DNA from: a virus
Direction: 5' to 3' (one strand)
DNA: 36,620 bases
Virus record (IMG/VR): IMGVR_UViG_3300045988_182864
Position 1 is the first letter of the stretch. Every line of letters begins with the position of its first letter. The translations under genes and the position numbers were made by a program. The notes beneath the pieces are model-generated. The model did no database searches and was not told the origin of the DNA. It saw only the letters and a program-made list of their open reading frames with translations. Shown here piece after piece: positions 1 to 8,550 of this stretch.

Positions 1-68
1 GTCACATTCTCTCGGAACATATCGAACAGCTTCTGTGCCATTTCCTCTATGACAGAATCCGAGGTAAA
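1..68. repeat. Terminal direct repeat, copy 1 (identical to 36553-36620); circular-assembly overlap or terminal redundancy
   Basis: Read directly: gtcacattctctcggaacat...gaatccgaggtaaa is present at both window ends. A minus-strand ORF is uninterrupted across the join. Confidence 0.95.
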
Positions 69-371
69 AGAAGAACGGCAGAAAATCGTTTTGAAGTCCA
101 TTGTTTCATTGACGGTTTTGGCATTATCGACAACGAGGCAAAGGAAGCGTATCTCCTGGTTGAATGTTACGGGTTTCTTTTCCAAGGTTCCATAAAACCG
201 CTGCCCGTACAGAACATCTACCTTGTGCTCACCATAGGCGAGCGGTATGCGCATAAAACGGTAGTAATACTCGGACAGCTCACCGGAATCAAGAATGATA
301 TTGCCTTCGAACGAAGGAGCGCCGAGCTCGAGGAACCTTTTGAATCCCTCGCGGTTGATATTGTTTGCCAT
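1..371 (-). CDS. N-terminal part of a junction-spanning hypothetical protein (ATG at 371; continues 36552->35898 after circularisation, 341 aa in total)
   Basis: ATG at 371-369 is in frame with the ATG at 41-39 (=36593). I found no minus-strand stop between 42 and 369. RBS-like aggagg in tttaggaggaaaaatatcATG. Confidence 0.7.
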   Translation of the reverse strand, partial: MANNINREGFKRFLELGAPSFEGNIILDSGELSEYYYRFMRIPLAYGEHKVDVLYGQRFYGTLEKKPVTFNQEIRFLCLVVDNAKTVNETMDFKTIFCRSSFTSDSVIEEMAQKLFDMFRENV

Positions 372-444
372 GATATTTTTCCTCCTAAATACTTACTTCG
401 TTAAGCCCTCGAATTTCGGATTTTTCCAGAGCACATTCTTCATA

Positions 445-939
445 TCACTCCTTTTCCATCTGAACAGTCCAGCCGTTCACGTCGGAATAAACCGCATAGA
501 GCAGTGTTGCAAAATTATAGCCTCCGTCATACAGCGTATAACGAAGTGAAATGTTCAGCGCAAGAGTGCGTTCCTTGACGGTGCCATCACAATCAAGATA
601 GCTGAATATCTTTGTCGGATGGAAAAACCATGCTTCACGTTCTTTATTGAATTTATCTTCATCGTATTCCACGACTTGCTTGAAACACGAATCAAACGTA
701 GCAAGCTTGACCGACGAAAATACATCAGCCATCATCCCACACTTTTCAATCAATTCATCAGGCCATTCGACTTTGATGATTGCTGCACCATCGCGCAGTT
801 CTTTCAGTTCTTTGCGGGGGCTCAGCGAGACGTTGTAGCGTTCACTGAGGAAGGTGAACAGCCAGGACCAGTCAATGACTTTCAGGAAGTTAGATACTTC
901 CTTGGAATCCATGAAAATTTTGATTTCTTTCCGTGCCAT
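445..939 (-). CDS. hypothetical protein (start moved to MARKEIKIF)
   Basis: ORF 445..981. The internal ATG at 939 is preceded by aaaacaggaggtaaaact and lies just downstream of the stop of the upstream gene (978). Confidence 0.65.
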   Translation of the reverse strand: MARKEIKIFMDSKEVSNFLKVIDWSWLFTFLSERYNVSLSPRKELKELRDGAAIIKVEWPDELIEKCGMMADVFSSVKLATFDSCFKQVVEYDEDKFNKEREAWFFHPTKIFSYLDCDGTVKERTLALNISLRYTLYDGGYNFATLLYAVYSDVNGWTVQMEKE

Positions 940-977
940 AGTTTTACCTCCTGTTTTTCGATTTTCTAAAAAATGGT

Positions 978-1880
978 TCAAGTCATAGAATTCCAGTTAT
1001 TGCCCAACCATTCACACCAGCCTATGGTGGAGGAGGGGCAATTTTTACTGTCCGCGCAGATATGATTCAGCAGCATTGCCAAGTGAAACTTATCCAATGT
1101 CCGAATCATTTCGAGATTTGTCTTATCAGACTGCACGATTGTCATGTCAACGTCGGTTTTCGTCTTGATGTACGACACGGCGTCGCCCATCTTTTTGAAA
1201 AAAATTCCGCAGACCGGGACAAAGTATCCAACCTCGATGGAAAGCTCTGCCAAAAGACGGTAGCTGTCAGCAGTGTTCGTCCTCTGGAAAAGTTCATCGA
1301 ACTGAGCGCGAATTTTCTTCTCATCGTTTTTCCCAATGTCATTCAGGTCAAAGATGTATTCCTGAACAATGAACCCATTATTAGATTTCGTGGGCACATA
1401 TGCTTTGTAACAGGATGCATCAATCTGTTTCATGACAATCGGAAAGTCATGGGAAGACGTGGAATACAGACGCGCTTTATCGACTTCCTTTTTCAGCTTT
1501 TCCAGCAGCTTTTCAAGAACAGCCTTGAGATATTCGGCGTGCTGATGGCAGGTATCCACTTCTGTCTGGAACATACCGGTGTCATCTTTGAGCCGTCCGG
1601 TTTCCCAAGCTTTGTCAAAGACGCACTTGAGTTTCTGGAGCTCGGTTGCATCCAAGTTGTCGTATTTCCCAGACTTCGTTTTAGCCTCAAAAATGGCGAT
1701 TGCTTCACGCACTTCACTGTACGAATCAAGTATCAACTCAAGGTCCTCCAAAAAGAGTTTCTTGTTGATGTCGATGGAGTAATTGATGTCGGTAACGCGC
1801 AAGGTTACGATTTTTGCTTTTTCTTCGACATCGAACCCCATTTCCCGGCAAATATCCGGGAACTGTTTCAGATACATCAT
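978..1880 (-). CDS. hypothetical protein, 300 aa
   Basis: Long ORF with RBS gaggtg 5 nt upstream of the ATG. No motif recognised. Confidence 0.7.
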   Translation of the reverse strand: MMYLKQFPDICREMGFDVEEKAKIVTLRVTDINYSIDINKKLFLEDLELILDSYSEVREAIAIFEAKTKSGKYDNLDATELQKLKCVFDKAWETGRLKDDTGMFQTEVDTCHQHAEYLKAVLEKLLEKLKKEVDKARLYSTSSHDFPIVMKQIDASCYKAYVPTKSNNGFIVQEYIFDLNDIGKNDEKKIRAQFDELFQRTNTADSYRLLAELSIEVGYFVPVCGIFFKKMGDAVSYIKTKTDVDMTIVQSDKTNLEMIRTLDKFHLAMLLNHICADSKNCPSSTIGWCEWLGNNWNSMT

Positions 1881-2013
1881 AATTTCACCTCAAACTTTCT
1901 CAGCGATATCTTCGCCGTATACCATGCTCAGGTTGGAACCGTTGTCCAATTCGGCAACATAGCTAAAATCTACAGTTAATGTGTTTGTCGTAGGCAATTT
2001 CTCCTTTCCAAGT

Positions 2014-2146
2014 AAAAAAACAGACCCGCCAAAATGGTGGGTCTGCTTGTTGTTTACAGATTGTGAATTGTACGGTGGAAAATGCTGCTAAGTGGAATGT
2101 TATCTATCGTACACTTCCATTCTATTCGGTTCGCACAAACATGCAA
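2014..2146 (-). promoter_or_regulatory. Cassette A: promoter TTGCAT-16nt-TAGAAT, conserved leader (box1 TGTACGATAGATAACATTCCA, box2 GTACAATTCACAAT) and intrinsic terminator
   Basis: -35 at 2141-2146, -10 at 2119-2124, TGCGAA in the spacer. Box1 2093-2113, box2 2060-2073. Hairpin cagaccc/gggtctg plus T7 at 2014-2045. Confidence 0.7.
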
Positions 2147-2148
2147 GT

Positions 2149-2178
2149 AAAAATGGGCCTTCCCAAAAGGAAAGCCCA
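2149..2178 (-). terminator. Rho-independent terminator after gene 2199..2474
   Basis: Minus strand gggctttcc-tttt-ggaaggccc followed by attttt. Confidence 0.7.
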
Positions 2179-2198
2179 TTGTATTGCATTGCTGATAC

Positions 2199-2474
2199 TC
2201 AGATAGCTGCACAGAAGTTCGCAAGGCGTTGCCACAGCAAGTAGTTATCGTAACTCATGCGTACCTTTTCCGGCACGCCTGTAACGAGATACCACTTATG
2301 TGCCTTAGCCTTGATGTTCGAGATGCGCTGCTGTTCACTGCGCGTAAAGGCTTTGCTGAACATGCGGCGTCTGCGCCCGGAATTCCAGTATGCACCCTCC
2401 ATAGTCTCGCAGATAAGAGCATAGGCAAGTTCGTTCTGAACATCGTCATGGGACAACTCGATAATCTTACCCAT
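2199..2474 (-). CDS. hypothetical protein, 91 aa
   Basis: ORF abutting the stop of the upstream gene (2477), with aggtaggtg upstream. Confidence 0.55.
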   Translation of the reverse strand: MGKIIELSHDDVQNELAYALICETMEGAYWNSGRRRRMFSKAFTRSEQQRISNIKAKAHKWYLVTGVPEKVRMSYDNYLLWQRLANFCAAI

Positions 2475-2476
2475 AT

Positions 2477-3058
2477 TCAGGCACCTACCTTTCGGCTGGA
2501 CTTCTCGCGGCTCTGATGCACCATGGAAAGCGCATAGTCGAGCGCAGCAGCATCATCCGGCAGATAGGTGACGGATTTGAGTTCTCCGTACTCGCTATGG
2601 TGGCGCGGGATAGTCTTGGGTCTTTCCGTAACGACCGTCTCCTTCTCAAAATGCAGAGCAATCCGATTTGCAGGAACGGCATACCGTTTCTGTCGCTCAC
2701 ATTCCTTGAAGTAGTTGATGGGCGTTGCGAACCCCAAGGGTTTTCTGCCATCAAGTCCCGTAACGGTGACGACATATGCCTTGATGCCTTTTGCTTCCCG
2801 TCTCTGCTGGTCCGCGTAGTAGTGGTAGGAGATGTACATCGGCGATTCCTTCAAATACGCGTTAGATTCCCGCGCAATGTAGGTCCCGCTTTCCCGGCAA
2901 AACCACAGAAATGTCTGAGGTTTACCGTCGGCTTTCGCTTCCTTTGCGGCTTTCTGAATGACCTTTGTGTCGAGGTCAAAGTCCGACTGATATTGTTTTG
3001 TTACCTGCTTCATCGCAGATTTCAGTTCCGGTAAAATCGGAATCATAGTATTATTCAT
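2477..3058 (-). CDS. hypothetical protein (start at MNNTMIPIL)
   Basis: ORF 2477..3115. The ATG at 3058 follows aaaggggaattgaa and lies after the stop of the upstream gene at 3072. Confidence 0.6.
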   Translation of the reverse strand: MNNTMIPILPELKSAMKQVTKQYQSDFDLDTKVIQKAAKEAKADGKPQTFLWFCRESGTYIARESNAYLKESPMYISYHYYADQQRREAKGIKAYVVTVTGLDGRKPLGFATPINYFKECERQKRYAVPANRIALHFEKETVVTERPKTIPRHHSEYGELKSVTYLPDDAAALDYALSMVHQSREKSSRKVGA

Positions 3059-3071
3059 TTCAATTCCCCTT

Positions 3072-3437
3072 TTAGAACGCTGTGAGCTTGGAAATATCCA
3101 TGTCATAGCGTTCATATTTGTGGATGTAATCGAAAACGGTGTTCATCTGTGCCTGCGTGGCGGTTTTGGTAGTGTCCATATCGAGGAATGTTTTTCCTAA
3201 AGACGGATTACGAACAGCAATCCAGCCGCGCCGGTACAGGTAATCGAGACCTTTCCCGCTCCAATCATAGGCCATGTCCAAGACTTCCTTATCAGAGAGG
3301 TTCAGGCGTATTCTGTTTTGCATGATGATGCGCCCCGCAAGAGCCGCATGTTCTCCAAACTCGCAAGGATACCATGTTCCGTCCGGAGCAATCATGCCGT
3401 ATTCAGATAACTTCTGGATATTGTTAGATTCGTTCAC
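3072..3437 (-). CDS. hypothetical protein, 121 aa (GTG start)
   Basis: ORF with aaagggg 9 nt upstream of the GTG. Confidence 0.6.
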   Translation of the reverse strand: MNESNNIQKLSEYGMIAPDGTWYPCEFGEHAALAGRIIMQNRIRLNLSDKEVLDMAYDWSGKGLDYLYRRGWIAVRNPSLGKTFLDMDTTKTATQAQMNTVFDYIHKYERYDMDISKLTAF

Positions 3438-3456
3438 GCAAATGACCCCTTTGTAG

Positions 3457-3987
3457 TCAGGTGTTGTTGTCCAAAAACTCCTGGCATTCGGTATCGTTCA
3501 TCACGAATCCGAAATACGCCACGCGCTTAACGGTCGTTTCCCAGACGCGCATCGTGCGACTCCGGGGCTGTACGACCCAGGAATGACAACGCCAAAGCCC
3601 GTCCTCAGAAAGAGCATACCCGGTCGCAATAGAGCAGTGACCACGGTTTGCATCCCAAAGATAAGCGGAATTCGCGTGACATTGACTGGGCTGACCCTTG
3701 CGCATATAGCTGCTGCCATAGAAGAACTGCCCCCGACTGAGTGCTTTTACTGCGTCTTCGTCGTATGCAGTCATGCAGACCTCATCTCCGCCGAAGCTGA
3801 GAATCTTGTCATGCAATGCTTTCATGGCATCGAGCATCTCCTTGGAGAATCTCGATTTGCCGTTATATACCTGATGGCTGTCAATCCACCGCTTCCAGTC
3901 ATCGCTCATCGGATTCCAGTGGATGGGTGCGGGCATCTGGTCAGGGGCTGTGATGGGTTTCAGACTGTTCCAACCTTTCGTACTCAT
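3457..3987 (-). CDS. hypothetical protein, 176 aa
   Basis: The ATG overlaps the TAA of the upstream gene (TAATG). RBS gggaggaa. Confidence 0.65.
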   Translation of the reverse strand: MSTKGWNSLKPITAPDQMPAPIHWNPMSDDWKRWIDSHQVYNGKSRFSKEMLDAMKALHDKILSFGGDEVCMTAYDEDAVKALSRGQFFYGSSYMRKGQPSQCHANSAYLWDANRGHCSIATGYALSEDGLWRCHSWVVQPRSRTMRVWETTVKRVAYFGFVMNDTECQEFLDNNT

Positions 3988-4568
3988 TACAATTCCTCCC
4001 TGATAGAACGCAGACAGCTCAGGATTTTTTCATACAAACGGTAACGAGTTTCGCCGCTCGGTACAAAGTCACCAAGCTTTTTGGAAATGAGAAGTTTATC
4101 AAATGCCTCCATAATATCAAAGACGGTGAACAGCTTGTATTGTGTATTTATATGATTCACACGGAACTCGACATCTTCGACAAGATGCCAATATTCCATG
4201 CCATACAACATTGCGCCGCTTTCGTTTGCTTTTCGGTCTTGTTCCTCGTCTGCATCGTTACACACAATACAGACACCGTTTTCATCGAGATAGTTTTCGA
4301 AGACGTCGCAGATATCGGAGGCAACAGAACGGATATCGGAATTTGCCTTCACCTCAGGTTCAGGCTGGGCGGCTTCAACTTTGTACTCGATACTGTCGTG
4401 ACGAAGTGACTCTTCGATACCATCAAAAACGATGTCCGCGTAGTCGTTATCATCCCGACACGCTTTGAAAATGTTTTTGACGGATTCGATTGCCTCTTTG
4501 GAATCGGAGTTTCCCTCAACAGAGAACTCCAAAGGAACCAAGGCAACAACTTTGTATTTATTCTTCAT
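3987..4568 (-). CDS. hypothetical acidic protein, 193 aa
   Basis: RBS taaggagaaaaaatc-ATG. D/E-rich sequence. Confidence 0.65.
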   Translation of the reverse strand: MKNKYKVVALVPLEFSVEGNSDSKEAIESVKNIFKACRDDNDYADIVFDGIEESLRHDSIEYKVEAAQPEPEVKANSDIRSVASDICDVFENYLDENGVCIVCNDADEEQDRKANESGAMLYGMEYWHLVEDVEFRVNHINTQYKLFTVFDIMEAFDKLLISKKLGDFVPSGETRYRLYEKILSCLRSIREEL

Positions 4569-4580
4569 GATTTTTTCTCC

Positions 4581-4748
4581 TTAGTTTAACAGGATGCCGC
4601 AGCATTTGTTCAGGCAGATGACACTGAACACGAGCAGCGCAATATTGTGCAGCGTGAAGGACTGTGCCAAAGCACTGATGCTCAGGATGATGAAGAGAAC
4701 AAACAGGGCGGCTAAGGTTTTGAAGATGGTATAGATGATTCTGTTCAT
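4581..4748 (-). CDS. small membrane protein, 55 aa, two hydrophobic segments
   Basis: MNRIIYTIFKTLAALFVLFIILSISALAQSFTLHNIALLVFSVICL... RBS aaaaggagtatcgcc-ATG after the stop of the upstream gene at 4774. Confidence 0.55.
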   Translation of the reverse strand: MNRIIYTIFKTLAALFVLFIILSISALAQSFTLHNIALLVFSVICLNKCCGILLN

Positions 4749-4773
4749 GGCGATACTCCTTTTCTTGCTCCGG

Positions 4774-5124
4774 TTAGCGAAGCATGTCAACGATTTTTCC
4801 GACCAACTCATCATTGGTCACGAACTGGTTGCGGCCCCTGGCACCGAGCGATACAGAGGAGTAATCCTTCATATCGGCGGCATAGCGAACCATATTCTTG
4901 TCGGCAATCGGCTGATAGCAAGACCGTTCTGTGGTCACATACACGCATTTTCCGTTCAAGATATTCATGATGTGTCCGTAGCAGCCCGTCTGCTTGCCGT
5001 TGCGCTGCATGTTTTGCAGGTTATGCGTCAGCATCAGACCGTCGTTCTCCTTCTCAGCGCTGGAGAGCATAGACAGTAGTTTTCGAGTCTTATACGCAGT
5101 GTTTGTCATAGTAAATCGCCTCAT
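4774..5124 (-). CDS. hypothetical protein (start uncertain, 5124 or 5109)
   Basis: ORF in the operon frame with no strong RBS. Confidence 0.5.
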   Translation of the reverse strand: MRRFTMTNTAYKTRKLLSMLSSAEKENDGLMLTHNLQNMQRNGKQTGCYGHIMNILNGKCVYVTTERSCYQPIADKNMVRYAADMKDYSSVSLGARGRNQFVTNDELVGKIVDMLR

Positions 5125-5127
5125 TTT

Positions 5128-5919
5128 TTAGAAATACTTGTAAGCAGCGTTCAGCCGCTTGTTGTAGAGTTGTAAGGTCGTCAGATTCCCGCAATAGACC
5201 TTGCTGGACGAGATAGGAACATTCACACCGGCTTCCATGTGCGAGAAGAACATCGCAAGACAATCTTCTACACTGTCGCTCGTGGTGAGTGTCTCGTATA
5301 CCGGATACGAGTACCCCGCTGCCTGACTGTAGGTGGCATTGAGCTCATGGACAAAGAATTGGACCTGACCGGACACGGAACTTGCATCCAGACCCGATGC
5401 ATAGCACCAGTTCAAGAGATTCGTCTTGCGACCGTGCGTCCATTGCAGAAGCCCATAGCCTCCATCGTTCGGATTCTCGGCAGTAACGCGAAGCCCGCTC
5501 TCCATTGCCATACACCCCATCACAGCTGCAGTGCCGGCCTTAGAGAGACCTGCATCCCGCAACGCTGTATAGATGGCGTACTCATTGTCAGAAAGGTTCT
5601 GAGGAACCGTGTCAGTCACAGGTTCTTCTGCCGGTTTCTGAGCAGTCTCTGCCGTCTCGACAGAAGGCTCGGATTCGGGCTCTGTCTCGGCCACCTCCTG
5701 CTCAGGTACAGAAAGTACCGGCGCGAAAGGCGGCTGAGCGTTGAGCTCCTTAAAATGGACCTCCAACGGCGTGACATACTCGATATCAGAATCATCAGCT
5801 GGCTTTACCGGCGCGGCATACGCAGGCGTCGAGAAAAAGCAGGCTAAGCAACCTATGATGGTGATGACGCTGAGCATAAAAGCGGTGGTCCCGGCATAGA
5901 ATTTCAGTTTGTCGTTCAT
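5128..5919 (-). CDS. membrane-anchored peptidoglycan hydrolase-like protein (phage tail lysozyme-type domain)
   Basis: Start MNDKLKF with RBS caaaggagtaatcaca. N-terminal hydrophobic anchor, P/E-rich linker, then GCMAMESG...GGYGLLQWTHGRKTNLLNW...QVQFFVHEL. That C-terminal stretch resembles the phage tail lysozyme family as I remember it. Confidence 0.6.
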   Translation of the reverse strand: MNDKLKFYAGTTAFMLSVITIIGCLACFFSTPAYAAPVKPADDSDIEYVTPLEVHFKELNAQPPFAPVLSVPEQEVAETEPESEPSVETAETAQKPAEEPVTDTVPQNLSDNEYAIYTALRDAGLSKAGTAAVMGCMAMESGLRVTAENPNDGGYGLLQWTHGRKTNLLNWCYASGLDASSVSGQVQFFVHELNATYSQAAGYSYPVYETLTTSDSVEDCLAMFFSHMEAGVNVPISSSKVYCGNLTTLQLYNKRLNAAYKYF

Positions 5920-5935
5920 TGTGATTACTCCTTTG

Positions 5936-5971
5936 AATAAAAGTTCCCGCCGACAATAGCTGTTCGGCGGG
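5936..5971 (-). terminator. terminator-like hairpin between 6003..6221 and the lysozyme-like gene
   Basis: Minus strand ccgccga-cagctattg-tcggcgg followed by gaacttttatt (interrupted T-run). Confidence 0.4.
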
Positions 5972-6002
5972 GTGTGATTGATGTTCGGTTGTCGGAAAAA
6001 CT

Positions 6003-6221
6003 TCATGCTTCACGGACTACGATGGCGGTATATCCGCTGTTGGCAAGATACCGATACGCTGCATCATAGGCATCGCTGAGCGACGGGGCTTTGACATACC
6101 CGATAAAATCGGAGCAGATAACCATGCCGGAAAAACCTGGGTTACCGGCATAGATGGCGAAGCGGGTGTTTTTCTTTGGATTGCGATTAAACATAGCGGA
6201 CCTCCTTGCAGTCGCGTTCAA
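6003..6221 (-). CDS. hypothetical protein, 72 aa
   Basis: RBS gcaaggaggtccgct-ATG. Confidence 0.6.
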   Translation of the reverse strand: MNATARRSAMFNRNPKKNTRFAIYAGNPGFSGMVICSDFIGYVKAPSLSDAYDAAYRYLANSGYTAIVVREA

Positions 6222-6247
6222 AAAGATGGATACGGATTTCTGAAAAC

Positions 6248-6389
6248 AAAAAAAGCAGACCTACCACGAATGGTAAGTCTGCCTAATTTGAAAACAGAAT
6301 TGTGAATGATGTACGCCCGAAAGATTCGGCTGTGTAGAATGTTATCTATCGTACAATACCAATTCTATGCCGTTCGCAAGGATACGCAA
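6248..6389 (-). promoter_or_regulatory. Cassette B: promoter TTGCGT-16-TAGAAT, conserved leader and terminator
   Basis: -35 6384-6389, -10 6362-6367. Box1 6337-6354, box2 6298-6314. Terminator ggcagactTACC-attcg-tGGTAggtctgc plus T7 at 6248-6282. Confidence 0.7.
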
Positions 6390-6398
6390 GAGAAAAAC

Positions 6399-6432
6399 AA
6401 AAAAAGGCGAAGTCTTCCGAAAAAGACTCCGC
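6399..6432 (-). terminator. Rho-independent terminator after gene 6495..7046
   Basis: ggcggagtcttt-ttcgg-aagacttcgcc followed by ttttttt. Confidence 0.75.
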
Positions 6433-6494
6433 CATGGTTTTGTGTGCGATTTTTTGCATTTCAGTGTTGTTATTCACGGCACATTTCTCGCATC

Positions 6495-7046
6495 TTATTC
6501 TTCCTCAAGCCATTTCTTGGTGATGTCAAGAAGGCATTTTCGGAATTCAGGAGCGGGCTGCATCGGAATCGAAGACCACTGAGAATCGAGAATGACAGGG
6601 TATTCGTACTGTTTGCCGTTATGCGAAAACGGTATGAACTGAACTTTTCCGTCCACGAGCCATAGCTTTTCCGTTCTGATGGGGTCGATGTACTCCGTCA
6701 GCCAGCATTCGTGCGTGACAACGGAATCCGCCACGAAATACTTTGTCTTATCGTCCAGTATCAGTGCTGGGTTGTTATCCTCGACACAATACACTCTTCC
6801 GACGAACGGCAGGAGCATCGTCTCGGCGGCGTGTTTCGCGCTTCTTCCCTGCCGAATTTCCGATAGCAGGAAACTCGATATGAAATGCGGGATACCGATG
6901 CCGGTCAGGCAGTCATCGAGTGTGTGTCCGGTACAGATTCTCGGTGTTTCCTGGTCCTCACCCTTCATCCGATTCGTAGGGATTTGCGGAACGACCTTGT
7001 CCGGCAAGCATCCGGTATTCGCCATGAGATGAAATAGTATCTGCAT
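6495..7046 (-). CDS. hypothetical protein, 183 aa
   Basis: ORF with aaggag upstream. Confidence 0.6.
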   Translation of the reverse strand: MQILFHLMANTGCLPDKVVPQIPTNRMKGEDQETPRICTGHTLDDCLTGIGIPHFISSFLLSEIRQGRSAKHAAETMLLPFVGRVYCVEDNNPALILDDKTKYFVADSVVTHECWLTEYIDPIRTEKLWLVDGKVQFIPFSHNGKQYEYPVILDSQWSSIPMQPAPEFRKCLLDITKKWLEEE

Positions 7047-7054
7047 TATGGGAC

Positions 7055-7300
7055 TTACTCCTTCGGCAGTTTCTTGCGAAACGGGTCAAGGTCTCCTGGC
7101 CTATAGACCGACTTGACATAGGATTTGATGTCGTCTTCACCAAGGCTCTCAAAGAGATTCAGCCAGCATTCGGCTTCAATCCGCATCTCGCCGCCCATTT
7201 GATACGCTTTCTCGCACTGCACCAAATCAAACTGAAAATCGTTCTTGTAGCGGCAGTTTTCGGCTGCTTTTGCAAATTGCGTAAATGTTCTGGTATTCAA
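7055..7300 (-). CDS. hypothetical protein, 81 aa (TTG start)
   Basis: RBS aaaaggaggtaaacc-TTG. Confidence 0.6.
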   Translation of the reverse strand: MNTRTFTQFAKAAENCRYKNDFQFDLVQCEKAYQMGGEMRIEAECWLNLFESLGEDDIKSYVKSVYRPGDLDPFRKKLPKE

Positions 7301-7329
7301 GGTTTACCTCCTTTTCTGAAAATGGAAAC

Positions 7330-7459
7330 AAAAAAGCAGACTCTCATTTCGAGAGTCTGCTCTAAGCACATAACAGATTGTGAATCTACCGGTATGGGGA
7401 ATCAGAAGATGGTATCTATCATGCACTTACTATTCTATTCGATTCGCACAACTGTGCAA
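7330..7459 (-). promoter_or_regulatory. Cassette C: promoter TTGCAC-16-TAGAAT, divergent box1 (TGCATGATAGATACCATC), box2 ATTCACAAT and terminator
   Basis: -35 7454-7459, -10 7432-7437. Box2 7377-7385. Terminator gcagactctc-gaaat-gagagtctgc plus T6 at 7330-7360, about 30 nt before the RBS of 7055..7300. Confidence 0.65.
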
Positions 7460-7523
7460 GGGGGATTTTAAGATGCAGCTACGCTTTCGCCTTCGCCAAT
7501 TTCTTCGCAGCTACGCTTCCTGC

Positions 7524-8024
7524 TCACTCGCTGGCGGCAGCTACGCTTTCGATATCGTCTGCGTTCAGGTTGATGTACTGCCACGATTGCGGAGCGCGTT
7601 TCAGGTGCAGCTGATGCAGGGATAGAGAAAGTTTGCGAACATTTGAGATGTTCCAGCCATACAGCATGCCGGTTTTGTTGCCATACTCGAACAGCGCGGC
7701 TATATCGATACAGCTTTCCCGAATAAACTTATCCGCCATACCGGACAGCTTTTCGCCGTCTGCATAGTAAGGAGACAATCCTGTCAGGCAGTTCAGCTGG
7801 TCGATGTCCTCGCAGGTAAAGGCCCCGATGATTTCCCCTGCACCGCCGTTCGCCTTCGTTTCATAGCAGAATACTGCGAACGGAAACGAGATTTCCCAAG
7901 GGCGGGATTTGCGGACTTCGAGAGTCTTTTCACCTGCTATGATTTTAGAGAGCCATTCACGCTTAATCGAAATGACGACCGCTTTGCCGTCATTTACCAC
8001 AAGTGCATTTTCGAGAACCGTCAC
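7524..8024 (-). CDS. ASCH (PUA-like) domain protein, 166 aa (GTG start)
   Basis: SIKREWLSKIIAGEKTLEVRKS matches the GxKTxExR signature of ASCH domains. RBS gaggag. Confidence 0.55.
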   Translation of the reverse strand: MTVLENALVVNDGKAVVISIKREWLSKIIAGEKTLEVRKSRPWEISFPFAVFCYETKANGGAGEIIGAFTCEDIDQLNCLTGLSPYYADGEKLSGMADKFIRESCIDIAALFEYGNKTGMLYGWNISNVRKLSLSLHQLHLKRAPQSWQYINLNADDIESVAAASE

Positions 8025-8030
8025 AACTCA

Positions 8031-8525
8031 TCACTCCTCATATTCGTAGTCACAAAAGCTGTTGACCTTTCCTTCTGTCTGTTCGTATTCGGACATAAAT
8101 TTTGCGACAGCCAACTCGAAGTGCCCACGGCTGATACCAGTGACATCCGAAAAATCGAGGAATGCGTGCTCAAAGTTGCTAACCATAGCCACGAGAATGT
8201 ACGATTCAAGTTCCTTGGAGAATTCTTCCGGAGTGCCATCGAAATGGATGATGACATCCTTAGATTCGTCGTCAGGGTCAAGATAATTCGAAACAGCCTC
8301 ATCCTTCGCACTGGAGAAGAACCCATCGACATTGTCACTCACTCGCAGTTCAGCGGAATCGCTAAGCGGTACATTCAGCCCACCTGCAGCTTCCGATTCG
8401 GCCATCAGTTGCATAACATAGTAGCGAAACATGAGGAACGCGCACACACCCGTAGGCTCAAAATTCTGAATGACCTTTTTCAGCTGCGCCTGACGGTTGT
8501 TTACGACTTTATAGTTGGCTTTCAT
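8031..8525 (-). CDS. hypothetical protein, 164 aa
   Basis: RBS taagaaggagatttc-ATG. Confidence 0.65.
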   Translation of the reverse strand: MKANYKVVNNRQAQLKKVIQNFEPTGVCAFLMFRYYVMQLMAESEAAGGLNVPLSDSAELRVSDNVDGFFSSAKDEAVSNYLDPDDESKDVIIHFDGTPEEFSKELESYILVAMVSNFEHAFLDFSDVTGISRGHFELAVAKFMSEYEQTEGKVNSFCDYEYEE

Positions 8526-8550
8526 GAAATCTCCTTCTTAAAAAGATGCT

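Noticed and set aside
1062-1979. 305-aa plus-strand ORF, and similar plus-strand ORFs at 12950-13588, 14437-15087, 24094-24753, 29418-30461, 31878-32525 and 34699-35613
   Set aside because: All lie antisense to minus-strand genes that have good RBSs, recognisable motifs or tight operon packing. None has a start context of its own.
1883-1990. 35-codon ORF (TTG start) between the cassette A terminator and gene 978..1880, and a 37-codon basic ORF at 10993-11106
   Set aside because: The start codons are too close to the RBS, or the RBS is weak. There is no supporting conservation, so I left them unannotated.
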